Shown here piece after piece: positions 20,202 through 30,351 of a stretch of 64,000 bases of DNA. The notes under the pieces are model-generated. The model was given only the letters and a program-made list of their open reading frames with translations, did no database searches and was not told the origin of the DNA. The stretch lies in the IMG/VR virus record IMGVR_UViG_3300019487_000017. One strand, written 5' to 3'. The stretch comes from a virus. How positions within the stretch are numbered: position 1 is the first letter of the stretch; the number at the start of each line of letters is the position of its first letter. The position numbers and the translations under genes were made by a program.

Positions 20202-20596
20202 CTTAAATTGCCTATATTAGCTTTGCCTAAGACATAACCTGTAGGCTAAGGCAAGGGTCATCAATTCAGGGTTTAGGCTGTCTACAGAGCTCCTGAACCT
20301 GAGAATTGCTAATTCGGTAATATAAGTTAGCACTTGTTTAATGATTACAGAAAAGGAATGTAAAATGAAACTAAATTGAAGAATCTTGTTGTGTACCTAA
20401 TAACTATTTTCTCCGCAAGAGAATAGTTATGCAACAAGAAAAAATGCGGAATGTTTATTTAATCGAGAGCTTCGGGTTAAATAAACAAAAAGAAAACTAT
20501 GAAGCAATCCCGATGATAGACTGAGGTAGTAACTAATCGGGAAAAGCTAGCAAACATATCCAGCAAAGGTCGCTCCTTTGTTGGATATGTTATTTT

Positions 20597-20690
20597 GGAG
20601 CGGTACGCAAATTGGAAAAGCGGACTATATAGCGATATACTAGTTAAGTTGTTATATAGTTGTTTGCAAGTTCGACTCCTGCCCGCTCCG
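20597..20690 (+). tRNA. tRNA-like gene with anticodon arm replaced by a 13-bp hairpin
   Basis: ggagcgg/ccgctcc acceptor, Leu-like D arm cgcaaattggaaaagcg, actatatagcgat/gttgttatatagt hairpin, ttcgact T loop. Confidence 0.6.
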
Positions 20691-20709
20691 CTTCCCATTA
20701 AACAAAATC

Positions 20710-21108
20710 ATGACAAGACGAGAATTTAACCACATCCTGACCCAGGAACGAAATACGCTGCTTGAAAGAATCGCTAATGAAGGTTTTTATTATCGCAAAG
20801 AAAAGCGATATGACGCCACAACCTGGGATATTAACAACGGTTATTGTGATGAATTTGCACAATCCGTTTTTGATAGATTAGGTGGCGAAACCGATAAAAT
20901 GTACGGTATTTGGCTACATGATATCGGTGAATTTCAAAAACAAATGGAAGGATGCGGAGAACACTATGTAATTTTCTACAACCAAAAATACTATGATGCT
21001 GAATGTATTGGGGGTGTAGATAATCCGTTATTTCTCCCGTTTTACCTTAACAAATATAAAACCCGCGAACAAGTAATAAAGGAGCGTCAAAATGATTCAA
21101 ATCGATAA
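20710..21108 (+). CDS. hypothetical protein
   Basis: INNGYCDEFA..H..YYDAE motif (papain-like Cys-His-Asp possible). Confidence 0.5.
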   Translation: MTRREFNHILTQERNTLLERIANEGFYYRKEKRYDATTWDINNGYCDEFAQSVFDRLGGETDKMYGIWLHDIGEFQKQMEGCGEHYVIFYNQKYYDAECIGGVDNPLFLPFYLNKYKTREQVIKERQNDSNR

Positions 21109-21511
21109 CTATGATTCTCAGTTTTTCCGCTATGCCAAGGGGTGGTTTGTTACGTCAGACAATGTAATTGAAGATCTACGCCAAATTTGCGCTTGGCGAT
21201 GGATGATGAATGTTACAGATATTGCTGACTCAACAATCCTGGAAGTACTCCTGATTGTTTTGAATAAAGCAAATCTGTTACAAGAATTGTCACGTACAAG
21301 GAATATCTTGACAATCGTTATGGGCGATCCTTATGGAAAACCCTTTGTAGGAATGCCGCAACGTTCTGTGTATGAACGAACGATTGATATTATTCTTGAT
21401 ATCTTTCGGCATTCTCGTGCCAGCGAAGTCTCTATCACAACTCCTGATCCAAAAACTGGATTGCAATTAACTGAAAATGCTAAACAGCAAATTGCAACCA
21501 GCGGAGCATAA
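21092..21511 (+). CDS. hypothetical protein
   Basis: AAGGAG RBS. Confidence 0.55.
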   Translation: MIQIDNYDSQFFRYAKGWFVTSDNVIEDLRQICAWRWMMNVTDIADSTILEVLLIVLNKANLLQELSRTRNILTIVMGDPYGKPFVGMPQRSVYERTIDIILDIFRHSRASEVSITTPDPKTGLQLTENAKQQIATSGA

Positions 21512-21513
21512 CT

Positions 21514-21834
21514 ATGGAACGTAACTGGCTCTCAATTGGTAAAGAAGTTGTTGATCAAATTGGACAGGACAAAATCCTACACGCTATTAGTAACATCCAA
21601 TTTAGCAGCGATAGGAAGAAACAATATAGTTTTACAGAAGGATACGCACTGAGAGGCATTATTGATAATTATTTTCATCAAAATGTCTTGTCAATTGGTA
21701 TCGGTTATGATGTTGCCCCGTATTCTTTGCTTGCTATTGAAGCAAGTTATGCAAACGGCACAAGTAAAACGTATTTTGTTGAAATCAATGATGTTGTAAC
21801 TCCTGTTGTCAGCGATTTCTTTCCAAAATGCTGA
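21514..21834 (+). CDS. hypothetical protein
   Basis: GGAG RBS. Confidence 0.55.
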   Translation: MERNWLSIGKEVVDQIGQDKILHAISNIQFSSDRKKQYSFTEGYALRGIIDNYFHQNVLSIGIGYDVAPYSLLAIEASYANGTSKTYFVEINDVVTPVVSDFFPKC

Positions 21835-22187
21835 AGAAAGGACAAAACAAAATGGATATGAAGGCATTTTTGAAAGAAGTAGTTTTGTTGACTAGCGATT
21901 CTGGATTGAGCCACGATTCTCGTGTTTTTGCACTCGATGAACTGTTGAAATTTAATTCTGTTCAACCTAATGGGATTACGGCGGTTGTTAATAACAATGA
22001 GTACATAATTCCTTATCCGAATTATATTACAATCCGCGAGCTCCTGCTACGAGATAGGCTAATCCAAGCTATCAAGGAATTCAGGACAGTTACAGGCTTG
22101 GGCCTGAAGGAAAGCAAGGACTGGGTTGAAAATTTACGAGACAAGGAAAATCTGCGTATTATCCCTGACGACAGACGAACTTACTAA
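21828..22187 (+). CDS. protein with ribosomal L7/L12 C-terminal-like motif
   Basis: IQAIKEFRTVTGLGLKESKDWVE. Confidence 0.65.
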   Translation: MLKKGQNKMDMKAFLKEVVLLTSDSGLSHDSRVFALDELLKFNSVQPNGITAVVNNNEYIIPYPNYITIRELLLRDRLIQAIKEFRTVTGLGLKESKDWVENLRDKENLRIIPDDRRTY

Positions 22188-22256
22188 TCCTCACGGCGGC
22201 TGCTCCCCGCCAATCCCCTGTTTGTAACGGTCGGCTCCCCGTTATAAACACAATTA

Positions 22257-22305
22257 AGCATAGCGCTATCGTAGTTGCTCCCTACGGTAGCGCTATGCTT
22301 TTTTT
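22257..22305 (+). terminator. Rho-independent terminator
   Basis: agcatagcgctatcgtag..ctacggtagcgctatgct followed by T-run. Confidence 0.7.
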
Positions 22306-22572
22306 CTCCCGATAAAACCCCTTTCATGGTATATCCACTATGAACGATAATACATGCACACCGTACAAAAACCGCTATGTTACCCTAAAGGGAGAACCTT
22401 TTCCTATCGGTAAACTCGGTTTGATACTCCAGACAAGGGGAGTCCTGGATTTCAAATATGAAACGGATGATACTGTTTATTATGAGGTTAATCCTAATCA
22501 TTCAGAAGAAAAAGTATTATCCTTGATATCCAGTTTGGCAGCGGATCTAACTAACATTTAGTAGGAGCATAA

Positions 22573-22800
22573 ATGAGTAGAGCCAATTTGCCAGATGTTG
22601 GCAATAAAGAAAACCCTATTCCATTTGTGAAACGTGGTTCACTTGTGGGATATCGTGAAAATGGTTTTTGGTATTTGAAAAACCCTGAAATAAAAAGCGG
22701 TTTCTTCTCCGGCTGGATTCGTCAAACCGACCCATATTCGGCAGTCGAGTTTGATAACGAATATTTAGAACGGAGCAAAAATGAGCCAGACACGCAATGA
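22573..22800 (+). CDS. hypothetical protein, paralog of 22781..23185
   Basis: NLPDVGNKENPIPF..WY..DNEY shared with neighbour. Confidence 0.55.
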   Translation: MSRANLPDVGNKENPIPFVKRGSLVGYRENGFWYLKNPEIKSGFFSGWIRQTDPYSAVEFDNEYLERSKNEPDTQ

Positions 22801-23185
22801 AATCGGTCAGCAAATTATAATCGAGGGGCAATACGAGGAATTCTACCAAAAGGGTGATGCAAGGGGTAATGGTAAGAATTCATACATGCAAGGTTGGCAC
22901 AAAAATCGCCGCCTTGAGATCCAGAGGGTCTATGATCGTCTGGTTGAAGAATGTATTCAACGGAATTTAGACCGTAGAAACATTCCAGATGTTGGTTCGG
23001 AAACGAATCCCGTATTGTTTCATCCTGTTTGTCCAATTGATTTGTCATTTTTCTATTATCGGAAAGACGGTAATTGGTATCGGAAAAGTGCATATCAAAC
23101 CAACTCCAGTTGGCTTTGTATCACCTATGGTCCTGCATTAGAGGACTTGGATAACGAATACTCAAGACAACGGAGCATAGCATGA
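22781..23185 (+). CDS. hypothetical protein, paralog of 22573..22800
   Basis: NIPDVGSETNPVLF..WY..DNEY. Confidence 0.55.
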   Translation: MSQTRNEIGQQIIIEGQYEEFYQKGDARGNGKNSYMQGWHKNRRLEIQRVYDRLVEECIQRNLDRRNIPDVGSETNPVLFHPVCPIDLSFFYYRKDGNWYRKSAYQTNSSWLCITYGPALEDLDNEYSRQRSIA

Positions 23186-23526
23186 GCCAGCGTATTCTTA
23201 AGAACTATCTGTTTTATTACAATGGTTCATTCGTCACGGAACAATTCGGATACGATGCAAACCATGCTAGGCGTATCATACGATATAATATTGATTCTGT
23301 TCCTGGCATAGTTTGCGGTAATCATTTACCTTGTGACTTCAGAAGAAAAGTGTATTTTTCTGATGCAAAAGAAATGGTTATGCCTGATGCTGAAGGCGTA
23401 GAACGCCGCACCAGAGAATGCGTTGATAAACTCAATGCAGAGAAAATCGAACGAGCAAAGCATTGTCGCAATGAAGCGGCTCTCCTGAGAGTATTCGGTT
23501 TTGTACAATGCTGCCTGGATCTTTAA

Positions 23527-23946
23527 TTGGAGCAAAAAATGGAATTACCAGAATACCTACCTGATGAAACAAGTGGAGACTATCGTGTGCGGAATAATCT
23601 CCCCTATGTTTACACTCCATTCTTTCCATATCCATCATATGGAAGGCACACAGATGTTTTGACAGGACCAGGCACTGGACAAATTGACTGGCAAAAAGAA
23701 CTCCAGGATAAATTCCCCACTGTTATCCTATATCCATACGAATCATTGCAAGTCAGTCTCTCAAATGAATCTTTATTTATTTTATTCCAAAATGAAACAC
23801 AGGTTCACGAACTGGCACGACAATGGATAGTGCAACACTGTCTTGCGTATGGTAAAAATCATGCAGAAAAAGTGACGCCTACGGTAGATGAACTCCTGAG
23901 CTATTATCTTAGCGCAAAAAACATATTCAGAATCGATCATCCTTGA
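23527..23946 (+). CDS. hypothetical protein
   Basis: ORF in block. Confidence 0.5.
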   Translation: MEQKMELPEYLPDETSGDYRVRNNLPYVYTPFFPYPSYGRHTDVLTGPGTGQIDWQKELQDKFPTVILYPYESLQVSLSNESLFILFQNETQVHELARQWIVQHCLAYGKNHAEKVTPTVDELLSYYLSAKNIFRIDHP

Positions 23947-23959
23947 GCTTGGAGCAATA

Positions 23960-24568
23960 ATGTCAATCTATGCAATCGGTGATATTCATAGAAATATCCC
24001 TACTTATGAAAAGATTTGTAAGAATCTTCATAAAGTAGATGAGAATGTCATTACGATTCAGGTTGGCGATGTTGGCATTGGCTTTGAAGGTGTTGAAATG
24101 CCTAGCCTTCATGCTAATGATTATTTTATTGCGGGCAATCATGATGATGCTGAAAAATGCAAGTTACACCCTAATTGTTTAGGCGATTACGGTGTTAAAG
24201 AATTTGACGGGAAAACAGTCTTCTACCTCCGGGGCGCATACAGTACAGACAGAGATATGCGAATCCCTGGTATTAGTTGGTGGGAATATGAAGAACTGAA
24301 CTATGAACAACTTTGTAATGCTATCAAATTATATGATGAAAGCCGTCCAGACATTGTAATTACTCACGATTGTCCAACAATTGCGAGAACTAAAATGTTT
24401 GGTTATAGGCACAGCGGACGAACAGTGCCAGCATTGCAAAATATGTTTGAAATCCATCAACCTCCTGTTTGGGCGTTTGGACATCATCATCGTCAACTGC
24501 ATACGAGCATTTACGGGACTTATTTTTATTGCATTGGCGAAATGCAGAATAAAAAGATTTCCCCTTAA
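23960..24568 (+). CDS. calcineurin-like metallophosphoesterase
   Basis: GDIH, GD, GNHD, THD, FGHHH motifs. Confidence 0.88.
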   Translation: MSIYAIGDIHRNIPTYEKICKNLHKVDENVITIQVGDVGIGFEGVEMPSLHANDYFIAGNHDDAEKCKLHPNCLGDYGVKEFDGKTVFYLRGAYSTDRDMRIPGISWWEYEELNYEQLCNAIKLYDESRPDIVITHDCPTIARTKMFGYRHSGRTVPALQNMFEIHQPPVWAFGHHHRQLHTSIYGTYFYCIGEMQNKKISP

Positions 24569-24796
24569 AGGAGCATACTAATGACAGAGGCGATTGTTTT
24601 TGTTCGTAAACGCGGTGCGATTGGTATCTTTGAACGTCAAACCTTCCCTATCAAGGAAATTTTGCCTGGCGAAAATATTTGTCAAGCATTCATTCGTCAA
24701 TACGGTGAGCAATGGGAACTTGGTCGCTTTTGTCAATTGTCGATGAAAGACAACCCATATTTCCAGGCTTATCAAGCCGAATTGAAAGGGTAAAAT

Positions 24797-25120
24797 ATGA
24801 AATTGTGGAGCGTCAACGCGAAATTAGGAACGATGCGAAAGGTTGTTGATTGGAGCGTTTACCCTAAGCCAACAAATGTTGGCGATGATTATCATTATGT
24901 ATTGATTCAATCTGACAATCGTATTTGTAGGATTGATTTGAATACTAAGAAGGGAATTTTAAGCGCTCATTGCCCGAATGGTGCTTATCATTATCACCTC
25001 CTGCAAAATACAACCGAAGTTGATATTCCACAGGACTTGATGGATCAAATCCTTCAAGTAAGACCGAAAAGCGGCGATAGTATGGTTGTCAATGGAACAA
25101 CTGTCATGCGTATAGGATAA
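24797..25120 (+). CDS. hypothetical protein
   Basis: ORF with RBS. Confidence 0.55.
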   Translation: MKLWSVNAKLGTMRKVVDWSVYPKPTNVGDDYHYVLIQSDNRICRIDLNTKKGILSAHCPNGAYHYHLLQNTTEVDIPQDLMDQILQVRPKSGDSMVVNGTTVMRIG

Positions 25121-26320
25121 GGAAATAACAATGTTTTCCCCTAAAACGTTTTCGGCTGGGGCATTTACTTTGCTGGGTATAATCTGGGGCAAGAGCAATT
25201 GGATTAACGTTTTTATTAAGGCAGGATTCTTTGGAATGGCTGTCTGGGGTGTTTATATCATCCTACATAACTAGCTCCTGAATACCAGAAAAGCAAAAGA
25301 GGGTATATGAGTCAACATACCATTACCATCTCTGAACAACAATTCTATCGAGAGGTTGTTGAATTTCGTAAAATTATGTGCAGCAAAAAGTATTGGAATA
25401 ATGGAGAACCTATTCCCATACTTGAAAAAGCCTTTCAAACCCTCACCTCCTGCTATTTTGCCTGTACCAACAGTCAAAAAGTAGAACCTGTCTATCAAGC
25501 AACTGTAAATGAATTTAGCAGACGACAAATAATGCTAAGTTTGAAACAGCATTAAGAAAATTACAAGCCTCCTGATTTTTTCGCGCTCCAAAAATAAACA
25601 TGAAAGGAGCAAAATCATGTTTGAAGATGATGAATTTGACCAGTCTTCACCAGATGAACCAAAAACCGGGCTACTAAGTAAAATTGTCTTTTATCCACAT
25701 GATATGTACACCGCAGATTATGTAATCGGGTATATCATTGGCGCAAATGAACATCATTGCGATATTCTGGTAGACCACGATTTCCGAGTTATTCGCGGTG
25801 TTCCTATCCATAAAGTCCAACGGATAAAAGTATGAACGGTAAACCGGAACATTGGAAACAGCAAAATGCTATTGACCAATTTACAGTATTACGTTTTGCG
25901 CTTGATGGTCATTTAATCAATTTTGAAATGAACATCATTGATAAAAAGACTTTCATCGAAAAAGCACAAACGTTAATTGATGAAATGCACCTTTTAGACC
26001 CTTATCTAAAAGGTAAAAAGTGGTAAATCTCCCAACCCCAAAAAGAAAGATACAATAATGAGTCAACCCTACGTTAATAACGGGCCTGTCACAACGTATC
26101 GTCAACTTAGGGATGCGATCAACCTAATGAATGATGAACAGATGGATTCAAACATAACTGTTCAAGAAGCGCAAGAAGATGATTTAGATGAGTTTTATCC
26201 AGCAGAACTCCGAATTATTAGGGAAACTGATGTGCTGGATGAAAATCATCCAGTTATCTATATCCCGTTGTAACCTCCTGATTAACAACACAAAACAAAT
26301 AAAAACAAAGGAGCAAAACA

Positions 26321-26533
26321 ATGGCATACACCGAAACGAATTTCAAGACGAAAAAGGCACTCAAAGAAGCTGTCGCAAAGGGCGAAGAAGTCCGATGCTT
26401 CCAACCAGGACTTGGACCTGATCTCTCCAATTTCTCCGGCAGAGTCTCACTCGAAGGACCACACTTCCCCAAACCGCATACTTGGTATGCAAGCGCGACA
26501 CTCGAAAATGGCAAGGTTGTAAAGGTTTCGTAA
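26321..26533 (+). CDS. conserved small phage protein
   Basis: NFKTKKALKEAV..EGPHFPKPHTWYA motif; AAGGAG RBS. Confidence 0.65.
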   Translation: MAYTETNFKTKKALKEAVAKGEEVRCFQPGLGPDLSNFSGRVSLEGPHFPKPHTWYASATLENGKVVKVS

Positions 26534-26890
26534 CATGATAGAGCAAGCCGTAATAGAGCGAAGGATTAAAGAAAAAGCACGAGAATTGGCACTTGAACAT
26601 TATCATAATCCAACGTCACAGGATTTACTCCTGATTGAAATCATCCTTCGTCATGGTTGGATAATGGCAGTCAACGAATACAACAGCGAAACAATCGAAT
26701 TGGAGCAAAATCATGAAGAAATGGAATCGTTACAACCAGGCAACCCGTTGACCCAGGATATGTATCATATGGCAACAAACATCGGCTCAAATGTTTGTAT
26801 ACTGTCCGCAAAACGGCAAGCGTATCAAGGTCCACCTCCAGGACTAATTATTTCTTCAAATAACAACGTCTAACAAACGGAGTAAGTTAT

Positions 26891-27151
26891 ATGAAGAATC
26901 GCGGGATATACGGAACAAACGACGGTTCATACAATCGCGGCGGAAAAGATGGCGGAGCAGCCATTGCTACCGAACGATTTGCAGATGCCGCTGTCGATGA
27001 TGGCGAAAATATCAAAACCTTCCAGCGAATGCTGAAAGAAAAAGACTGGGCAAACCTTGAAAAATTCTCCCAGAAACTTCGACAACAAGGTTATGCTCAA
27101 TTCCGCGTCGAAAGCATGATGCGAAGCGCAACAGTAGGAGTAAGATTCTAA
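26891..27151 (+). CDS. hypothetical protein
   Basis: GGAG RBS. Confidence 0.55.
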   Translation: MKNRGIYGTNDGSYNRGGKDGGAAIATERFADAAVDDGENIKTFQRMLKEKDWANLEKFSQKLRQQGYAQFRVESMMRSATVGVRF

Positions 27152-27185
27152 GCCTCCTGACCTTGCCTTAAACAAAAACACCAGC

Positions 27186-27371
27186 ATGATGAATACAACG
27201 TTACAAACAGCGTTTCTTGATTACTTCAACAATTATCTGACGGTCGAAAAGTATGCGGAGCATAATCAACTTACAGTTGAACAAGCCCAAAAACTGATCG
27301 ACCTGGGGCGAGAGGTTCACGAAGATATTGTGAAATTGCACAAAGAAATTGCTGCAATTCCAAAAATATAG
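27186..27371 (+). CDS. conserved small phage protein
   Basis: FLDYFNNYLTVEKYAEHN motif. Confidence 0.6.
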   Translation: MMNTTLQTAFLDYFNNYLTVEKYAEHNQLTVEQAQKLIDLGREVHEDIVKLHKEIAAIPKI

Positions 27372-27737
27372 TCTCCTGAACCCACGACAGTCTCAATGAA
27401 GGTTGTTGCCAATGGGGGCAACAAAACAATGGAGCCAGTCATGAGCCTTACTGTTGCGGACTATATCGAAATCAACGAACGTCGCGCCCAACTCGAAGCG
27501 GCAATGGAAGCCGAATGCGACCATCTTGTATCAACCCAAACACGAGTGCGTAGGGAATGCGGTTCGCCCCTCCTGAACTCCAAGGGGTTTGGACATCGTA
27601 CCATCGGCGCAAAGCAACATGGCAAAGTAGCGATGCCAGTTCGGGGCAGCGGATATGGACGCTACGATGCCGAACGCCTATGGCGGCGACAGACTGCCGC
27701 AGTTTAAGCCTGACACTTTACAATTGAATAGCAAGAC

Positions 27738-27771
27738 AACCTCTCCTGAGAAGGGAGAGGTTTTTTATTTT
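27738..27771 (+). terminator. terminator ending the + strand early block
   Basis: aacctctcc-tgagaag-ggagaggtt followed by T-run. Confidence 0.7.
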
Positions 27772-28121
27772 CTATGAAAGGATCTTTTATTCAGATGGAA
27801 TAGATCTTTCTCTCCTGAATAGAGCAGTACCCCAATTAAGGGATTCCTTAAATGCATACCCCACTACCCCTCGGCGGGTTTTTATAAATAACCCTTGGAG
27901 TCCCAAAAAGGTACACCGCCGTGACGGGGGCCTTCCCCCAACGTGATTCTTTCCTATAAAGTAACGTCCCTAAAAATCATAAAGATCTATAATATGGGTT
28001 CCCTAAAAGGATACCCCTTTTTGTGTAAAAATATATGCGCAGGAAAACGACCCTTAAAAAAGACCCCCTATGTTTTAAAATGTCTAAAAAAGGATACCCT
28101 TTTCCAGAAGCCATATATACG

Positions 28122-28496
28122 CTAGCCCTGCATCAAAGCTAATCCCCATGTTACTTTAAGATCTTCTTTATACAATCGTTCAGCAAGCCATTTATATATG
28201 TTCGTTTCTTGAATGGCTAGAACATCTGCTGCAAAGGTAGATGGGACATCAAAAGGTTTATCGTGCATATTGTCCCATAATTCTTCGCGACTGATAGGGC
28301 AACGATAATCGACTCTAAATGGTCCTGTCATTTGCCAGAAAGAGATAACATCAGTTTCGCTAGAGTTCCAAATCATCCAGTCTTTGCCTGGAAGGGAGTC
28401 TATGGATATGCTGTCTTCCATTTCATTGCATAACTCAAATGCATTTTTATCACATTTTGCATCAATTCGATAACCAATAACATACATGTTGTCCAT
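28122..28496 (-). CDS. hypothetical protein
   Basis: GAGGA RBS on - strand. Confidence 0.55.
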   Translation of the reverse strand: MDNMYVIGYRIDAKCDKNAFELCNEMEDSISIDSLPGKDWMIWNSSETDVISFWQMTGPFRVDYRCPISREELWDNMHDKPFDVPSTFAADVLAIQETNIYKWLAERLYKEDLKVTWGLALMQG

Positions 28497-28920
28497 AACG
28501 ATCCTCGTTTATAGGTATTCTTTTGCTTCGTCTGTTGTGAGAAGTTGGAGATTTTCAAGGTTACGGTGTCTGAATAGATCTTTGACATCTGTTAAGGTTA
28601 GTTCGTCTCCATTGTTTGCGATTGCATGGTTGATGATGCATTTCGTTTGCATGTCAATGAGTAGGATTTGGGTGCGGTAATCTCTACGGTTAGCGTATCC
28701 GTATGAGGCTATCATATAAAGTTTTTTCTGTTTTGTATCATAGACATAGTTGCCTACGCTCATTGACGTTCTATAAAACTCTGTGACTTGTCTCATAAGA
28801 TGGTTCCACAAGGCTATAAAATAAAGAAATAAAGCATTTATACTGTTTTAATGAGTCAGAAGGCATTTCTGGAGGGATAAGCGTTAAATCCTATTTAGAA
28901 TGGATGACGAATGATAATAT

Positions 28921-29316
28921 ATGAAAGAGATTAAGGAATACATTCACATGAAAAATGACATATACTTTTTAGATGATGAGACGTTACGGACAATCATTTT
29001 TTTGAGAGCATACCCAGACGCAAAGACTGCAGAAACAGCGGATCAGATGATAGAATTGCTTGCAAACGCTGAGCAGCCAATCAAATACATTTTTTTAGAT
29101 CACGATCTGGATCATGATGGATATGATGAGAAGCAGATTAAGGGTACAGGGATGGAAGTTGTTGAATGGTTAGAGCAACACAAACCGCAAGTGTACAAAA
29201 TAATTGTTCATTCCAGAAATGGGTATGCAGGTCCAAAAATGGCACAACGTCTTGCTAATGCGGGGTTTAACGTTTGGCTAATGCCGTTCTTCGATATCAA
29301 ACTACCATTAGAATAA
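28921..29316 (+). CDS. cyclic-phosphate processing receiver-domain protein
   Basis: FLDD..IFLDHDL..GTGMEVVEWL..IIVHSRN. Confidence 0.75.
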   Translation: MKEIKEYIHMKNDIYFLDDETLRTIIFLRAYPDAKTAETADQMIELLANAEQPIKYIFLDHDLDHDGYDEKQIKGTGMEVVEWLEQHKPQVYKIIVHSRNGYAGPKMAQRLANAGFNVWLMPFFDIKLPLE

Positions 29317-29350
29317 TGAGAGTGTGAAATATTTCACTAAGTCTATAGAT

Positions 29351-29899
29351 TTATGTGTGTTTCTTTTTGAGGGAACCGCATTTACAGCCTTGAGTGAAGA
29401 TGGTTTGTTTGCTGCAAATACATTGAGCATTTTGAGGTGTATTATTGTGGAGTTTTGCATATTGAAAGTATGCTGCATGTAGGAAGTAATGATCTGGATG
29501 TTCATGTTGAAGTATATGTATAAGTTCATCATTTTCATTAACAGCAAACCAAGTATACAATTGATTGAATGAATCAAACTTTTGTTGTACATTTTGCATT
29601 TCTTTAAGATAATCGCCTTCAAACCAAAACGCTTCCTTTTGTAATATCTGTAATGATGGAACAACTTTATGCAATTGCCACGGATCACCGCAGAGGAATA
29701 GATGATCCGGGTCTGCATGAAAGGATGAAGCCTCATACCCATAACTGAGTTGTTTTACGCAACGATATAGATACCATGCCGTAGGACTAATATAAGATGA
29801 AGATGCATAAGACGCTACAAAACCAGCATTACAATCTTTCATGCTAGGGTACATCTGTAATGCCAAATCAGTAGTTTCATAGCGTATCGCAAATTTCAT
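29351..29899 (-). CDS. hypothetical protein
   Basis: 182 aa ORF; C-terminal CIC..QGCKCG motif also seen in 49927..50244. Confidence 0.5.
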   Translation of the reverse strand: MKFAIRYETTDLALQMYPSMKDCNAGFVASYASSSYISPTAWYLYRCVKQLSYGYEASSFHADPDHLFLCGDPWQLHKVVPSLQILQKEAFWFEGDYLKEMQNVQQKFDSFNQLYTWFAVNENDELIHILQHEHPDHYFLHAAYFQYAKLHNNTPQNAQCICSKQTIFTQGCKCGSLKKKHT

Positions 29900-29949
29900 A
29901 ATATCTCAACTTAATTTATAAACATTGTGAAATATTTCACTGACCCATG

Positions 29950-30351
29950 TTATTTTTGTTTGACGATTCGGATCATTCTGGTAGCGACATTTGTTCCGCT
30001 TTCTTTAAACGTTCCTGCTTCTATGGATTCGTTGTCGCACATATGTTGTTTGAGGAAGTTTTGGAAGGCAACTGCTTTTTTGTCGCTTCTTGTATAGCTA
30101 CCTTCGCCGATGATAGCCACGAGAATACCGTTTGTTTTGAGGAACTTGTAAGCATGTATTACATGTTCGGCATCTTGCCCTGCAGTAAAGGGTGGATTCA
30201 TTAAGACACGATCAATTGTAGGTTTAGGCTCAATTGACAAGAAGTCTTTAGGGCAATCTACTTTTATATTGGGTGTGAGGCTTTCCAAGGTTGTTTTATG
30301 TTCGGGGTCAATCGTAACAAACTTTTGTTTCAATGGGGTTGCAGTTGGCAT
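29950..30351 (-). CDS. amino-methyltransferase fragment (NPPF motif)
   Basis: DRVLMNPPF..HVIHAYKFLK..GILVAI..GTFKESGTNVAT; SAM-binding motif I not evident. Confidence 0.65.
   Translation of the reverse strand: MPTATPLKQKFVTIDPEHKTTLESLTPNIKVDCPKDFLSIEPKPTIDRVLMNPPFTAGQDAEHVIHAYKFLKTNGILVAIIGEGSYTRSDKKAVAFQNFLKQHMCDNESIEAGTFKESGTNVATRMIRIVKQK

Noticed and set aside
21828-22187. True ribosomal protein L7/L12 gene
   Set aside because: Only the short C-terminal helix motif matches and the N-terminus is unrelated
29950-30351. Complete restriction-modification system
   Set aside because: Only an NPPF-containing fragment, with no SAM-binding motif I or partner nuclease
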